A stretch of 64,000 nt of DNA, taken from Candidatus Delongbacteria bacterium. GTDB lineage: Bacteria > CAIWAD01. Under the pieces are notes generated by a model that ran no database searches, was not told the DNA's origin, and worked only from the letters and a program-made list of their open reading frames with translations. How positions within the stretch are numbered: position 1 is the first letter of the stretch; the number at the start of each line of letters is the position of its first letter. The position numbers and the translations under genes were made by a program. The stretch is from the NCBI GenBank assembly GCA_963663545.1, contig OY760505.1:2624001-2688000 (forward strand), read 5' to 3'. Shown in pieces: positions 27,165-37,048 of the stretch.

Positions 27165-28937
27165 ATGCGACAATTACGAAAAGTGCTGCGCTGGTTTTTA
27201 CCACTGTGGCGCACACAGATACGCGGTATGACTCTCGTCGTGATGCTGACGGCGCTTGCCGTGGCCGCCAACACCATCTATCCGCTGATGTTCAAATTCG
27301 TCATCGACAACATCGCCGACGGACATGCGCTTGCGGCACGCAAGTGGGTGTTGATCCTGCTGGGAGCGGGCGTGTTACAACAGATCATTCAGTGGATTCT
27401 GCCTGTATCACGGGCGTGGATGAACCTGCACTTCTCGCTGAACATTCGCATGGGCATCTTCAGCAGGCTGCTGCGCAAAACCACGCGCTTCTTTGTGAAG
27501 TACAGAAGCGGTGATCTTGTAACACGCCTGACCGATGACATCGATGTGGACGACAAGCTCTCCTGGTATTCGTGCTCCGGTATCATGCGTCCGGTCGAGG
27601 CTTTCTTGAGTCTAGGTTTCGCACTGGCGGTGATGTTTGCGCTGGACTGGCGTCTCACGCTGTTTGCCTTTGCCCCGCTGCCGGTGGTGGTCTGGCTACT
27701 GACCATGACGGAAAAACTGCAGGAGCGCCACTACAGCGAGCGGCAGCGCCGCACCAGTGAAACGGTGGATGTGCTTGAGTCTGCTTTCAGCGGAGTGCGC
27801 ATTGTGCTTAGCTACGTCGCAGAGCGCGCTCAGGAGATTCTCTTCGACAAGGCGCTGGTGCAGCGCGAGCGCGCCGAGAAGAACGTGCTGACCCTGCGCG
27901 CCGTGCTGGAGGGGCTGGGTGCACTGATGAACCAGTCCGGTGTCATTGTGGTGCTCTTTGTCGGCGCGGTGTATGTGGTGCGTCACGAAATCACCATCGG
28001 CGATTTCTACGCCTTTGTCACCTATCTCAGCCGCTTGACCGGTCCGCTATGGACCATCTCCTGGTTCTTCGTCTCCACCACGCTGGTGGGTGCGAGTGTG
28101 GATCGCTTCAAGGAGCTGGAGCAGGAGGAGGAGCGCGAGCCGGGACAGGCCAAACCCTCGTGCGTGGACGAGCTCGTGCTGGAGCAGGTGAGCTTTGCCT
28201 GGCCCTCAGAGCTGGCCGACGACGAGGGTCAACTGTTGCTGAAGAAGGTCGATTTGCGGGTGCGCGCCGGCGAAACCGTTGCCCTGGTCGGGCCGGTAGG
28301 TTGTGGCAAAAGCACTATGCTTGAGCTTGCTGCCGGTTTGCTGGAGCCCAAGCAGGGGCGCATTCATCTGGGCGGCACAGAGGTAAGTGATATCGCGCCC
28401 GAAGTCATGGGCGAGGTTCTGGGCTGGGTGCCACAAGAAAACCTGCTGTTCTCAGGAAGCGTGGCTGAAAACGTGAGCCTGGGCCGTACGGGTATCTCAA
28501 GAGTGGAAATCGACGGCGCACTGCTCACTGCTTGCGTTGCCGACGAGTTTCCCCGCGAGCGCGAGATCGCCCAGGGCGGCGTAGGTCTCTCGGGTGGTCA
28601 ACGAAGCCGTGTAGCCATGGCGCGCGCTCTGGTCACCAAACCCGCGTTCCTGCTGCTGGATGATGCCACCTCTGCGCTCGACGCCGAGACGGAAGTGCTG
28701 TTCTGGAAGCGAACGCGGCAGTGGCTACCCAAGGCTGGCATTCTGGTGTCGACGCATCGTGAGGCGACGGCTCGAGAAGCCGATCGCGTGGTTTGGCTGC
28801 AGGAGGGGCGTCTGATTCATGAGGGGCGTCATGAGGAACTTCTGCGCGACCATGCTGAGTACCAGCAACTCTTTGCCAAGGAGGATCAGCCTGCGCTTCA
28901 ATCCGAGGACAAGGAGCTCCTGCCCAGAGTCGGCTGA
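27165..28937 (+). CDS. ABC exporter, TMD-NBD subunit 2
   Basis: GPVGCGKS, LSGGQ, LLLDDATS (degenerate Walker B, as in heterodimeric exporters). Confidence 0.92.
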   Translation: MRQLRKVLRWFLPLWRTQIRGMTLVVMLTALAVAANTIYPLMFKFVIDNIADGHALAARKWVLILLGAGVLQQIIQWILPVSRAWMNLHFSLNIRMGIFSRLLRKTTRFFVKYRSGDLVTRLTDDIDVDDKLSWYSCSGIMRPVEAFLSLGFALAVMFALDWRLTLFAFAPLPVVVWLLTMTEKLQERHYSERQRRTSETVDVLESAFSGVRIVLSYVAERAQEILFDKALVQRERAEKNVLTLRAVLEGLGALMNQSGVIVVLFVGAVYVVRHEITIGDFYAFVTYLSRLTGPLWTISWFFVSTTLVGASVDRFKELEQEEEREPGQAKPSCVDELVLEQVSFAWPSELADDEGQLLLKKVDLRVRAGETVALVGPVGCGKSTMLELAAGLLEPKQGRIHLGGTEVSDIAPEVMGEVLGWVPQENLLFSGSVAENVSLGRTGISRVEIDGALLTACVADEFPREREIAQGGVGLSGGQRSRVAMARALVTKPAFLLLDDATSALDAETEVLFWKRTRQWLPKAGILVSTHREATAREADRVVWLQEGRLIHEGRHEELLRDHAEYQQLFAKEDQPALQSEDKELLPRVG

Positions 28938-29123
28938 TCGCTCCATTAGATGAAAACCTAGAGAAATCGCAGTGTTATAGAGGGGCCGCACGCCCCTCTT
29001 CATTTGATGATCCTTTGCTCTTTGCTACTCTCATAGATCAGTGAAAATCCGGTCGAACCTGAGCCCCGCCTGCCGGTGGCCTTCGACCGATCCGCAATGC
29101 TTCAACAAGCAAAGAGGCGATCA

Positions 29124-29420
29124 ATGGAAAGCAGGATACTTGAACAGGCGACCATGGTGGTCAAGCCTGAACTGTGCAAGGGATGTGGCCTTTGCATTGC
29201 CGCCTGCCCGGTGAACGTGCTTTCGTTCAGCGAAAGCTTCAACACCAAGGGCTACCATTTCGCGGTGTATGCAGGGGAGAAGTGTACGGGATGTGGTACT
29301 TGCTACTACGCCTGTCCGGAGCCCGAAGCCATCATCGTCTGGAAAAAGGGCGCCAGTGTGCCCAGCGAGTTTGACCCGATGAATTACCAGGCAAGCGGTG
29401 TCTTCCCGGAGGAGGAGTAG
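29124..29420 (+). CDS. 2x[4Fe-4S] ferredoxin subunit of 2-oxoacid:ferredoxin oxidoreductase
   Basis: [12 protein letters not shown] and [12 protein letters not shown]. Confidence 0.9.
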   Translation: MESRILEQATMVVKPELCKGCGLCIAACPVNVLSFSESFNTKGYHFAVYAGEKCTGCGTCYYACPEPEAIIVWKKGASVPSEFDPMNYQASGVFPEEE

Positions 29421-29422
29421 TC

Positions 29423-30475
29423 ATGAGCAAGAGTCTGATGAAGGGCAACGACGCAATTCTGCGTTCCGCCATTTTGGCCGGTTGCCGCTATTACTTCGGA
29501 TACCCCATCACCCCGGCGAGCGAGATTGCTGAATCCGCCGCCTATTTCATGCCCCGCGTTGGTGGCACCTTTATTCAGGCCGAGTCTGAAGTGGCTGCCA
29601 TCAACATGGTCTACGGTGCTGCCGGCAGCGGCAAGCGCATCATGACCGCCAGCTCCAGCCCCGGCATCAGCCTGAAGCAGGAGGGAATCTCCTACTGCGC
29701 CGGCGCCGAGCTGCCGCTGGTTATCGTCAACATCAATCGTGGTGGTCCCGGTCTGGGCAACATTGCTCCCGAGCAGTCCGATTACAACCAGCTCTGCAAG
29801 GGCGGCGGTCACGGCAACTATAAGACGCCGGTGCTGGCTCCCAACAGTGTGCAGGAAATGGCCAGTCTGGTCCGCAAGGCCTTTGACCTGGCCGACGAAT
29901 ACCGCACGCCAGTCTACGTGCTGGCCGATGGAACCATTGGTCAGATGATGGAGCCCGTGTCTTTTGACGAGCCCGTTACCGAGTTGCCGCGCCGCGACTG
30001 GGCCCTCTACGGCGACGCCGAGTCCAAGCGCAACTTGATCAGCTCCATCGATCTGGAGCCGGTGGATCTGGAGAAGCACAACGAGCACCTGCAGGCCAAG
30101 TATCGCACCATCGAAGAGAACGAGGTGATGGTCGAGGAGTTCATGTGCGACGATGCCGAGTTGGTCCTGGTGGGCTATGGCATTGTTAGCCGTCTGCTGC
30201 GCACGGTGGTGGAAGAGCTGCGCAAGCAGGGCAAGAAGGTCGGTCTGCTTCGTCCGATCACCCTGCTGCCCTTCCCCAAGAAGGAGCTGGCTAAGCTGGC
30301 TGACCGCGTGAAATGCTTCATGGTGGTCGAGCTGTCCAACGGTCAGATGATTGACGATGTCCGCCTTGCGATTGAATGCCGCAAGCCGGTGCATTTCTAC
30401 AACCGCATGGGTGGCATGATTCCCTCGACGGCCGAGTTGATGGATCGTGTCCAGCAGCTGTGCAAGGAGATCTAA
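29423..30475 (+). CDS. vorB: 2-oxoacid (2-oxoisovalerate-type):ferredoxin oxidoreductase alpha subunit
   Basis: [50 protein letters not shown]. Confidence 0.85.
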   Translation: MSKSLMKGNDAILRSAILAGCRYYFGYPITPASEIAESAAYFMPRVGGTFIQAESEVAAINMVYGAAGSGKRIMTASSSPGISLKQEGISYCAGAELPLVIVNINRGGPGLGNIAPEQSDYNQLCKGGGHGNYKTPVLAPNSVQEMASLVRKAFDLADEYRTPVYVLADGTIGQMMEPVSFDEPVTELPRRDWALYGDAESKRNLISSIDLEPVDLEKHNEHLQAKYRTIEENEVMVEEFMCDDAELVLVGYGIVSRLLRTVVEELRKQGKKVGLLRPITLLPFPKKELAKLADRVKCFMVVELSNGQMIDDVRLAIECRKPVHFYNRMGGMIPSTAELMDRVQQLCKEI

Positions 30476-30476
30476 G

Positions 30477-31916
30477 ATGGCGAGCTCCAAAATCCTGATG
30501 AAGTCCGACGCTTTCTACGGTGATTTCGAGCGTTCGGCCAATGCAGATAAGAAGACCACCCACTATTGCCCAGGCTGTGGTCACGGTAATGTGCATAAGA
30601 TGATTTCCGAAGCGCTGTCCGATTTCGGCGTCGTGGATCGCTCGATTCTCGTCAGTCCCGTCGGCTGTTCGGTGTTCGCGTACTATTATTTCGATATTGG
30701 CAACATCCAGGCGGCCCACGGCCGCGCTCCCGCAGTGGCTACCGGAATCAAGCGCGCACTGCCCCATAGCATCGTCATGAGCTATCAGGGTGACGGTGAC
30801 CTAGCCGCCATCGGCACCGCCGAGATCGTGCACGCCGCCAACCGTGGTGAGAACATAACCGTCTTCTTCATCAATAATGCCATTTACGGCATGACGGGTG
30901 GACAGATGGCGCCGACGACGCTGGTGGAGCAGAAGTCGACCACTTCGCCCTACGGTCGTAACCCCGAGAACGAGGGCTACCCCATCAAGGTTTGCGAACT
31001 GATCAACAGCCTGGACGCTCCCGTGTACATCGAGCGCGTTTCGCTGCACAGCACCAAGCATCGTCTGCAGACTCGCAAGGCTATTCGCAAGGCCCTGCAG
31101 AGCCAGATCGACAACAAGGGCTTCAGCATCGTCGAGATCCTGAGCGCCTGCCCCAGCGGCTGGAAACTGCCCGCCGTGGATTGCAACGCCTGGATCGAAG
31201 AAAACATGCTGCCCATCTTCCCGCTGGGCACCCTGCGCGATCGCATTGACGAGACTCCTTCCCGCGAGCGGAAAGTCATCGAGCTGACCAGTCGCCAGAT
31301 TCAGGAGCAGATCGACGTGATCGTTCCCGAGAAGGAACTGCCCGCGCGCACTCAGGTGGAAGAGCGTTTCCAGAATCCCGAGATCCTGGCTGCCGGTTTT
31401 GGTGGGCAGGGTATCATGCTGTTGGGTGTCTGTCTGGCGCAGGCCGCCATGGAGGAAGGTCTGGCTTCGAGCTGGATTCCCGCCTACGGTCCCGAAATGC
31501 GTGGTGGAACCGCCAACTGCTCCGTGCGCATCAGTGACACGGAGATCGGTAGCCCGCTGGTGGTCAACCCCGACATTCTTTTCGCCTACAATCGTCCTTC
31601 GCTGGAGAAATTTGAGAGTTCGGTCAAGCCCGGCGGTTTGATCCTTTACGACAGCTCCCTGATCGACGTTGAACCCAATCGCAGTGATTGCGACATTGTG
31701 CCGATTCCGTTCACCAAGATCGCCGACGATCTGGGCAATACGCGTATCGCCAACATGGTCGGCTTTGGTGCGGTGTTGGGCTACACCAACCTGCTGAATC
31801 TCGAGACGGCATTGAATGCCCTGAACAGTGCGGTAAAGGCCAAGAAGCTGATCCCGCTGAACCAGGAAGCCGTGAAGAAGGGATACGAAGTTGGCAAGTC
31901 CATGCGCAGAAGCTGA
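30477..31916 (+). CDS. 2-oxoacid:ferredoxin oxidoreductase beta-gamma fusion subunit
   Basis: YCPGCGHG, GDGD..NN.IYGMTGGQ (TPP binding), then AGFGGQG, YGPEMRGGTANC (gamma). Confidence 0.9.
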   Translation: MASSKILMKSDAFYGDFERSANADKKTTHYCPGCGHGNVHKMISEALSDFGVVDRSILVSPVGCSVFAYYYFDIGNIQAAHGRAPAVATGIKRALPHSIVMSYQGDGDLAAIGTAEIVHAANRGENITVFFINNAIYGMTGGQMAPTTLVEQKSTTSPYGRNPENEGYPIKVCELINSLDAPVYIERVSLHSTKHRLQTRKAIRKALQSQIDNKGFSIVEILSACPSGWKLPAVDCNAWIEENMLPIFPLGTLRDRIDETPSRERKVIELTSRQIQEQIDVIVPEKELPARTQVEERFQNPEILAAGFGGQGIMLLGVCLAQAAMEEGLASSWIPAYGPEMRGGTANCSVRISDTEIGSPLVVNPDILFAYNRPSLEKFESSVKPGGLILYDSSLIDVEPNRSDCDIVPIPFTKIADDLGNTRIANMVGFGAVLGYTNLLNLETALNALNSAVKAKKLIPLNQEAVKKGYEVGKSMRRS

Positions 31917-31939
31917 CGGGCAGGTAGCCTGAGTATCAC

Positions 31940-31967
31940 ACGGGCGGTCCGTCGGACCGCCCGTTTT
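31940..31967 (+). terminator. Intrinsic terminator
   Basis: ACGGGCGGTCC-GTC-GGACCGCCCGT-TTT. Confidence 0.7.
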
Positions 31968-31975
31968 AGTATGGA

Positions 31976-32845
31976 ATGCCGATGCTGGGATTGGTCTTGG
32001 GCGGTGGCGGGGTGAGATGCCTTAGCCACCTGGGACTCGCCGAAGCGCTTCAAGAGGAAGGGCTGCGACCGGACATGATGGTCGCGTCCTCCACCGGAAC
32101 CGTCATCGCCCTGTTGCTGGCGAGCGGTCTGGATCCTCTAGATATTCGCGCTCACCTTTTCAGCAACCAGGTCCGTTTTTCCTGGTGGCGGCCCAGTATG
32201 CGTCACGGCGGCCTTTTCTCTCAGCAGATCATTGAGCGCATTCTGCAGCACTTCAATGTGCCTGCGCGCCTTGAGGACCTGCCCATTCCAGTACATATCG
32301 TGATTACGGATCTGGAACTGGGCACCGAGGAAATCGTGTGTCACGGTGACACAGCAGCAGTGGCGTGTGCTTCCTGTGCGCTGCCGCTGATCTATCCACC
32401 CATCGAAATTGGCGGGCGTTTGTACGCAGACGGCGGCATCGTCAACAATGTGCCTGCCGATGTAGCACGGCGCGTGATCGGCTCCGACGGTGTTGTGCTG
32501 GTATCGAGCCTGGAGATGAATACCCTGGTGAGTCCCGCCTATCTGCGGACCTTTCCACAAGTGGTCTATCGTTCCATCTACTTGCCGCAGCTGTACCGAC
32601 GGTATCGCAACATGGCTTCCTTTGCTGATCTAGTGGTGGAGCCATACGCCGACGAGCCGCTGGTGTTCAACAACTGGCGGAAGATTCTGAAGAGCTGGTC
32701 CCGAGGGCTTATGCTGGAGTACTACGAGCGCGGACGGCTACGCATGCAGCGTGAAATGCCCGGATTGAAAGCTTTGATTGCAACGCGCCTGAACGGTACA
32801 CATCAACCCGCGGAGGAAAGCCAGACATGTTGCGACGCATCCTGA
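31976..32845 (+). CDS. Patatin-like phospholipase
   Basis: LGGGGVR, ASSTG nucleophile elbow variant, SCALP, DGG. Confidence 0.85.
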   Translation: MPMLGLVLGGGGVRCLSHLGLAEALQEEGLRPDMMVASSTGTVIALLLASGLDPLDIRAHLFSNQVRFSWWRPSMRHGGLFSQQIIERILQHFNVPARLEDLPIPVHIVITDLELGTEEIVCHGDTAAVACASCALPLIYPPIEIGGRLYADGGIVNNVPADVARRVIGSDGVVLVSSLEMNTLVSPAYLRTFPQVVYRSIYLPQLYRRYRNMASFADLVVEPYADEPLVFNNWRKILKSWSRGLMLEYYERGRLRMQREMPGLKALIATRLNGTHQPAEESQTCCDAS

Positions 32846-33177
32846 TCACTTTCTTCGGGCTGCTGGTAATTCTGCAGATCATGAAGAACAGTTTCATCTC
32901 CAGCGGCTGGCCAGCCACTTTGATCATGGCCTTCGTACTGACCTTCGTCAACGCCACACTGCGGCCGCTAATGCACATCTTTTCCTTACCTTTCACGCTG
33001 ATCACACTGGGGCTCTTCGCCTTCGTTGTCAACGCGATCTGCTTCCAGCTAGCTGCATGGCTGGCAGGCCCCGGTTTTTCGATCAACGGATTCGGCGCTG
33101 CTCTTTGGGGCAGTCTGCTGCTGTCTCTTGTGACGACCCTCGTGGATCGTATCACGAGGGACAAACACCGATCTTGA
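32827..33177 (+). CDS. YvlD/phage-holin-like small membrane protein
   Basis: VNATLRP....SLP...ITLGLF.FVVNA. Confidence 0.85.
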   Translation: MLRRILITFFGLLVILQIMKNSFISSGWPATLIMAFVLTFVNATLRPLMHIFSLPFTLITLGLFAFVVNAICFQLAAWLAGPGFSINGFGAALWGSLLLSLVTTLVDRITRDKHRS

Positions 33178-33183
33178 CAATCC

Positions 33184-35694
33184 ATGAACCAGGACGGACC
33201 GAACATGAACACAGAACAACTGCGCGACCAATTGCTCGACCTTTCGAGGGACATGCTGTGGTGCTGGAAGCCCTGGTACCAGGCTTTCCTTCGCAGCTTG
33301 AATCCTGAGCATTTTGATCAGACGGAAAATCCGGTGCTTGTAGTACGCGGGCTCACGGAGAAGCGATTGGCCGAACTGGCCGCCAGCGCCGACTTCGCCA
33401 AGGAATTGAAGACGGTTACGCAGCTCATTGACAAGGAGCTGAAGGCGGCACTCAAGCGCACGCCCAAGCAGCTCAAGAAGCGTCAGATCGCCTACTTCTC
33501 AGCCGAGTACGGCATTCACACTTGTCTGCCCATCTACAGTGGCGGCCTTGGCGTGCTTTCCGGCGATCACATCAAGAGCGCTCACGATCTGGGATTACCC
33601 TTTGTTGGTGTCGGTCTGATGTACCGTCAGGGCTACTTCACCCAGCGTATTGATACCCAAGGTCAGCAGCAGCATGAAATGCGACTGATCGACTTGGCGG
33701 ATCTACCTGTGCAGCCGGTTTTTGACGAGGACGGCAAGCCGATACTCGTCAGCGTTGAGCTGCCCGAGCGCGATGTCTTTCTGCGTGTCTGGAAGGTGGT
33801 TGTCGGTAACTCGCGCTTGTATCTGTTGGATGCCGATTGCGAGGAGAACCGCAGCGATGACCGGGCGTTGACCTGGCAGCTCTACGGCGGTGACCGTGAT
33901 ACACGCATGGCGCAGGAAATCATTCTTGGTATCGGCGGTGTGCGCATGCTGCGCCGTCTGGGGATCACGCCTGACGTGTGGCACATGAACGAGGGACACA
34001 GTGCCTTCCTGGCCGTGGAGCGTATCAGCGAGCTGCTTCGCGAAGGATTTCATTTTGGTGAAGCTGCCGAGGCTGTTGCGGCCAATACCATCTTCACGAC
34101 GCACACGCCGGTGCCAGCGGGCAACGAAGCCTTCATGCTGCCCCGTCTGCATCAGTACTTCCGTCCCTACTGCGAGCGCAACAACATCAAGTTCCACCAG
34201 TTGCTGGAGCTGGGCACCCTGGCCGATCAGCACGGCTACAAGGTCTTCAGCCTGACCGCGTTGGCCATTCGCCTTTCGCGCTTTGCCAATGGTGTATCAC
34301 AGCTGCACGGCGAAGTCAGCCGGAACATGTGGTATCACCTCTGGCACCAGGTGCCCATTGACGAAACGCCCATCGATCACGTTACCAATGGTATCCATAC
34401 GGCCAGCTGGGTTGGCGCGCCCTTCCGCGATCTCTTTGTCGACAAACTGGGCGAGTGTTGGGAAGAGAAGCTGCTTGACCAACCGGCCTGGGAGGTGATA
34501 CGCGGCATTGAGGATCGTGAAGTCTGGGACCGCCACGTCGAGTTGAAGAAGCAAATGGTGGAGATGGTGCGCGGCAATATCCGGCAGCGCCTCGGCGGCA
34601 GTGGACATCCGGTTGAGGAGATTGTATCACGCGTTCGCGAGGATTCGCTCTTCATCTGCTTCGCTCGTCGTTTTGCCACTTACAAGCGCGCGGCGCTTAT
34701 CTTCGATGACATTGATCGTCTGGATCGCATTCTCAACAGCATCGACAAGCCCGTTACCTTGGTATTTGCCGGCAAGGCGCATCCCGCCGACCGTCCAGGT
34801 CAGGAGCTGATTCGTCGCATTCACGAAGTCAGCCTGATGCCGCAATTCCATGGCCGCGTGATACTTCTTCAGGGCTACGACATCAGTCTGGCGCGCTATC
34901 TGGTGCAGGGCTGCGATGTGTGGCTGAACAATCCTCGTCGTCCGCTTGAAGCCAGCGGCACCAGCGGAATGAAGGTTTGCCCCAATGGCAACTTGAATTT
35001 CTCCATTCTAGACGGCTGGTGGGTTGAGGGCTATAACGAGCGCAACGGCTGGCGCATCGGTCGCGATTTTGAATACGGCGACGACCGTATTCAAGACTAT
35101 TACGATGTGAAGTCGATGTACACGATTCTCGAGAAGGAGCTTGTGCCCCTGTACTTCGATCGTGATACAGACGGCGTTCCTCACGGGTGGGTGGACGCCA
35201 TGAAGGACAGCATTATCACCCTCACGCCGCAGTTCAGCAGTAGCCGCATGGTCAACGACTACGTGAATCAGTACTACATCCCCGCCATCGGAAAGGGCGA
35301 TCGTGCCCGCGAGGGAGACTGGAAATCGCTGCGAGCTTTTGTGGAATACAAGCGCGAGCTGAATCGCTTCTGGTATCACATGACCGATACCTTCCTGCAT
35401 GCGAAACGAGAGAATGATCGCGTTCAGGCCGAAGCCGGTCTCTATCTGGGCCTGCTGAGTCCCGACCAGGTACGCGTGCAGCTCTTCATTCGCAACGGCA
35501 AGAAGATCACTACTGTCAACTGCAAGCTTCTGGGCGAGGCCGAGGATCCCGGTGTGTGGCGTTATCAGGGTGAATACTCCGGTCCCTCGCTGTTGGAGGC
35601 CGAGATCAAAATGCGCGTGCTGCCCGCTCACGAGTACCTGTCCGACGAGATGGAGCTGGGCATGTGTTACTGGTTCAACGGCAAGATCGAGTAA
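33184..35694 (+). CDS. glgP: Alpha-glucan phosphorylase
   Basis: YFSAEYG, YSGGLGVLSGDHIKS, HMNEGH, ARRFATYKRA, EASGTSGMK. Confidence 0.95.
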   Translation: MNQDGPNMNTEQLRDQLLDLSRDMLWCWKPWYQAFLRSLNPEHFDQTENPVLVVRGLTEKRLAELAASADFAKELKTVTQLIDKELKAALKRTPKQLKKRQIAYFSAEYGIHTCLPIYSGGLGVLSGDHIKSAHDLGLPFVGVGLMYRQGYFTQRIDTQGQQQHEMRLIDLADLPVQPVFDEDGKPILVSVELPERDVFLRVWKVVVGNSRLYLLDADCEENRSDDRALTWQLYGGDRDTRMAQEIILGIGGVRMLRRLGITPDVWHMNEGHSAFLAVERISELLREGFHFGEAAEAVAANTIFTTHTPVPAGNEAFMLPRLHQYFRPYCERNNIKFHQLLELGTLADQHGYKVFSLTALAIRLSRFANGVSQLHGEVSRNMWYHLWHQVPIDETPIDHVTNGIHTASWVGAPFRDLFVDKLGECWEEKLLDQPAWEVIRGIEDREVWDRHVELKKQMVEMVRGNIRQRLGGSGHPVEEIVSRVREDSLFICFARRFATYKRAALIFDDIDRLDRILNSIDKPVTLVFAGKAHPADRPGQELIRRIHEVSLMPQFHGRVILLQGYDISLARYLVQGCDVWLNNPRRPLEASGTSGMKVCPNGNLNFSILDGWWVEGYNERNGWRIGRDFEYGDDRIQDYYDVKSMYTILEKELVPLYFDRDTDGVPHGWVDAMKDSIITLTPQFSSSRMVNDYVNQYYIPAIGKGDRAREGDWKSLRAFVEYKRELNRFWYHMTDTFLHAKRENDRVQAEAGLYLGLLSPDQVRVQLFIRNGKKITTVNCKLLGEAEDPGVWRYQGEYSGPSLLEAEIKMRVLPAHEYLSDEMELGMCYWFNGKIE

Positions 35695-35703
35695 AGGCAA
35701 ACT

Positions 35704-37032
35704 ATGACTGGCGAACTTCGCACTCCCGATTTGAGCCGCGCACGCGCGGAAGACTTGTTGCAGTACATCGATGCTGGTGTCACACCCTGGCATGCAGTCC
35801 TTGAGACAGAACAACGTTTGCAAGCGGCCGGATTTACAGAGCTCCACGAGACTGATTCATGGAAGCTGGAAGCCGGTGCTTGCCATTATGTGATACGCAA
35901 CGGAACAGGTCTCATCGCCTTTCAGTTGGGAAGTGAATCTGCGGCAACAGGCGGTTTTCGTGTTGTCGGCAGCCACACAGATTCACCGGGTCTGCGCGTC
36001 AAACCTCACGGCGAACAGCGCGCCGGTGGCATGGTCAAATTGGGCGTAGAGGTCTACGGTGGCCCGATTCTGGCTACCTGGGCCGATCGCGAACTTACTC
36101 TAGCCGGTCGAGTAGTACTTCGTGATACAAACGGATTTGTGACACGACTGGTGAATCTGCAACGACCGCTGTTGCGAATTCCCACCTTGGCGGTTCATCT
36201 GGATCGCGAGGTGAATTCCAACGGGCTCAAGCTGGAGAAGCAAGCACACCTACCTTTGTTGCTGGCGGCCGTTGAAGATGGTCTTCCCGAGCAAGGACGA
36301 TTGCTCAGCATGCTGGCAGCCGAGTTGGGATGCGATGTGAAGAATGTCAGCGCCTTCGAACTCCTGGCTTGTGATACACAGTCCGGCAGCTTCTATGGAC
36401 CGGGTGATGAGTACTATGCCGTCGGTCGAATCGACAATCTGGCGGCGTGTCACGCGTCTATTGAGGCTTTGTTGGAAGCTGGCCGCAGCGGAAATGTGAA
36501 AGCCACCTGCGTTGCCGCGCTCTTTGACAATGAGGAAATCGGCTCACAGAGTGCCCAGGGTGCTCAGGGGAGTTTCCTCCTTTCCGTGCTGGAGCGTGTC
36601 ACACTGGCACAGGACGGCGGACGCGAAGAGCTGCTGCGGGCGCTTTCCGCAGGCTTCCTCGTCAGTGCCGATGCGGCACACGCGCTGCATCCGAATCACA
36701 TTGGTAAATACGACGCACAGCACCAGGTCTTCCTGAACAAGGGCCCCGTAGTCAAGATCAACCAGAATCTACGCTACACGAGTGACGGCCTATCTGCTTC
36801 CCATTTCCGCAGGTGGTGCGAAATGGCAGGTGTCGAATGTCAGACCTACGTGCATCACAGCGACCTGCCCTGCGGAAGTACAATCGGTCCGCAGACCGCT
36901 GCTAGACTAGGGATGCGTGCGGTGGATGTTGGCAATCCTATTCTCTCCATGCACAGCATCCGCGAGTGTGGTGGTGCAGCGGATCAGGACATGATGGTGC
37001 GTGCGCTCTCTGCATTCTTCGGCGAGCGTTGA
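35704..37032 (+). CDS. M18 family aspartyl aminopeptidase
   Basis: SHTDSP, EVYGGP, RIDNL, DNEEIGS, SADAAHA.HPN, PCGSTIGP, SMHSIRE. Confidence 0.93.
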   Translation: MTGELRTPDLSRARAEDLLQYIDAGVTPWHAVLETEQRLQAAGFTELHETDSWKLEAGACHYVIRNGTGLIAFQLGSESAATGGFRVVGSHTDSPGLRVKPHGEQRAGGMVKLGVEVYGGPILATWADRELTLAGRVVLRDTNGFVTRLVNLQRPLLRIPTLAVHLDREVNSNGLKLEKQAHLPLLLAAVEDGLPEQGRLLSMLAAELGCDVKNVSAFELLACDTQSGSFYGPGDEYYAVGRIDNLAACHASIEALLEAGRSGNVKATCVAALFDNEEIGSQSAQGAQGSFLLSVLERVTLAQDGGREELLRALSAGFLVSADAAHALHPNHIGKYDAQHQVFLNKGPVVKINQNLRYTSDGLSASHFRRWCEMAGVECQTYVHHSDLPCGSTIGPQTAARLGMRAVDVGNPILSMHSIRECGGAADQDMMVRALSAFFGER

Positions 37033-37048
37033 GTCTTAGGGAGTCCGC

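Noticed and set aside
29384..30490. Long antisense ORFs (also 7699-8844, 3144-4157, 54647-55549)
   Set aside because: Shadow frames of well-supported genes in GC-rich DNA.
32827..33177. Prophage inferred from the holin-like gene
   Set aside because: YvlD-like genes are common chromosomal genes and no phage genes are nearby.
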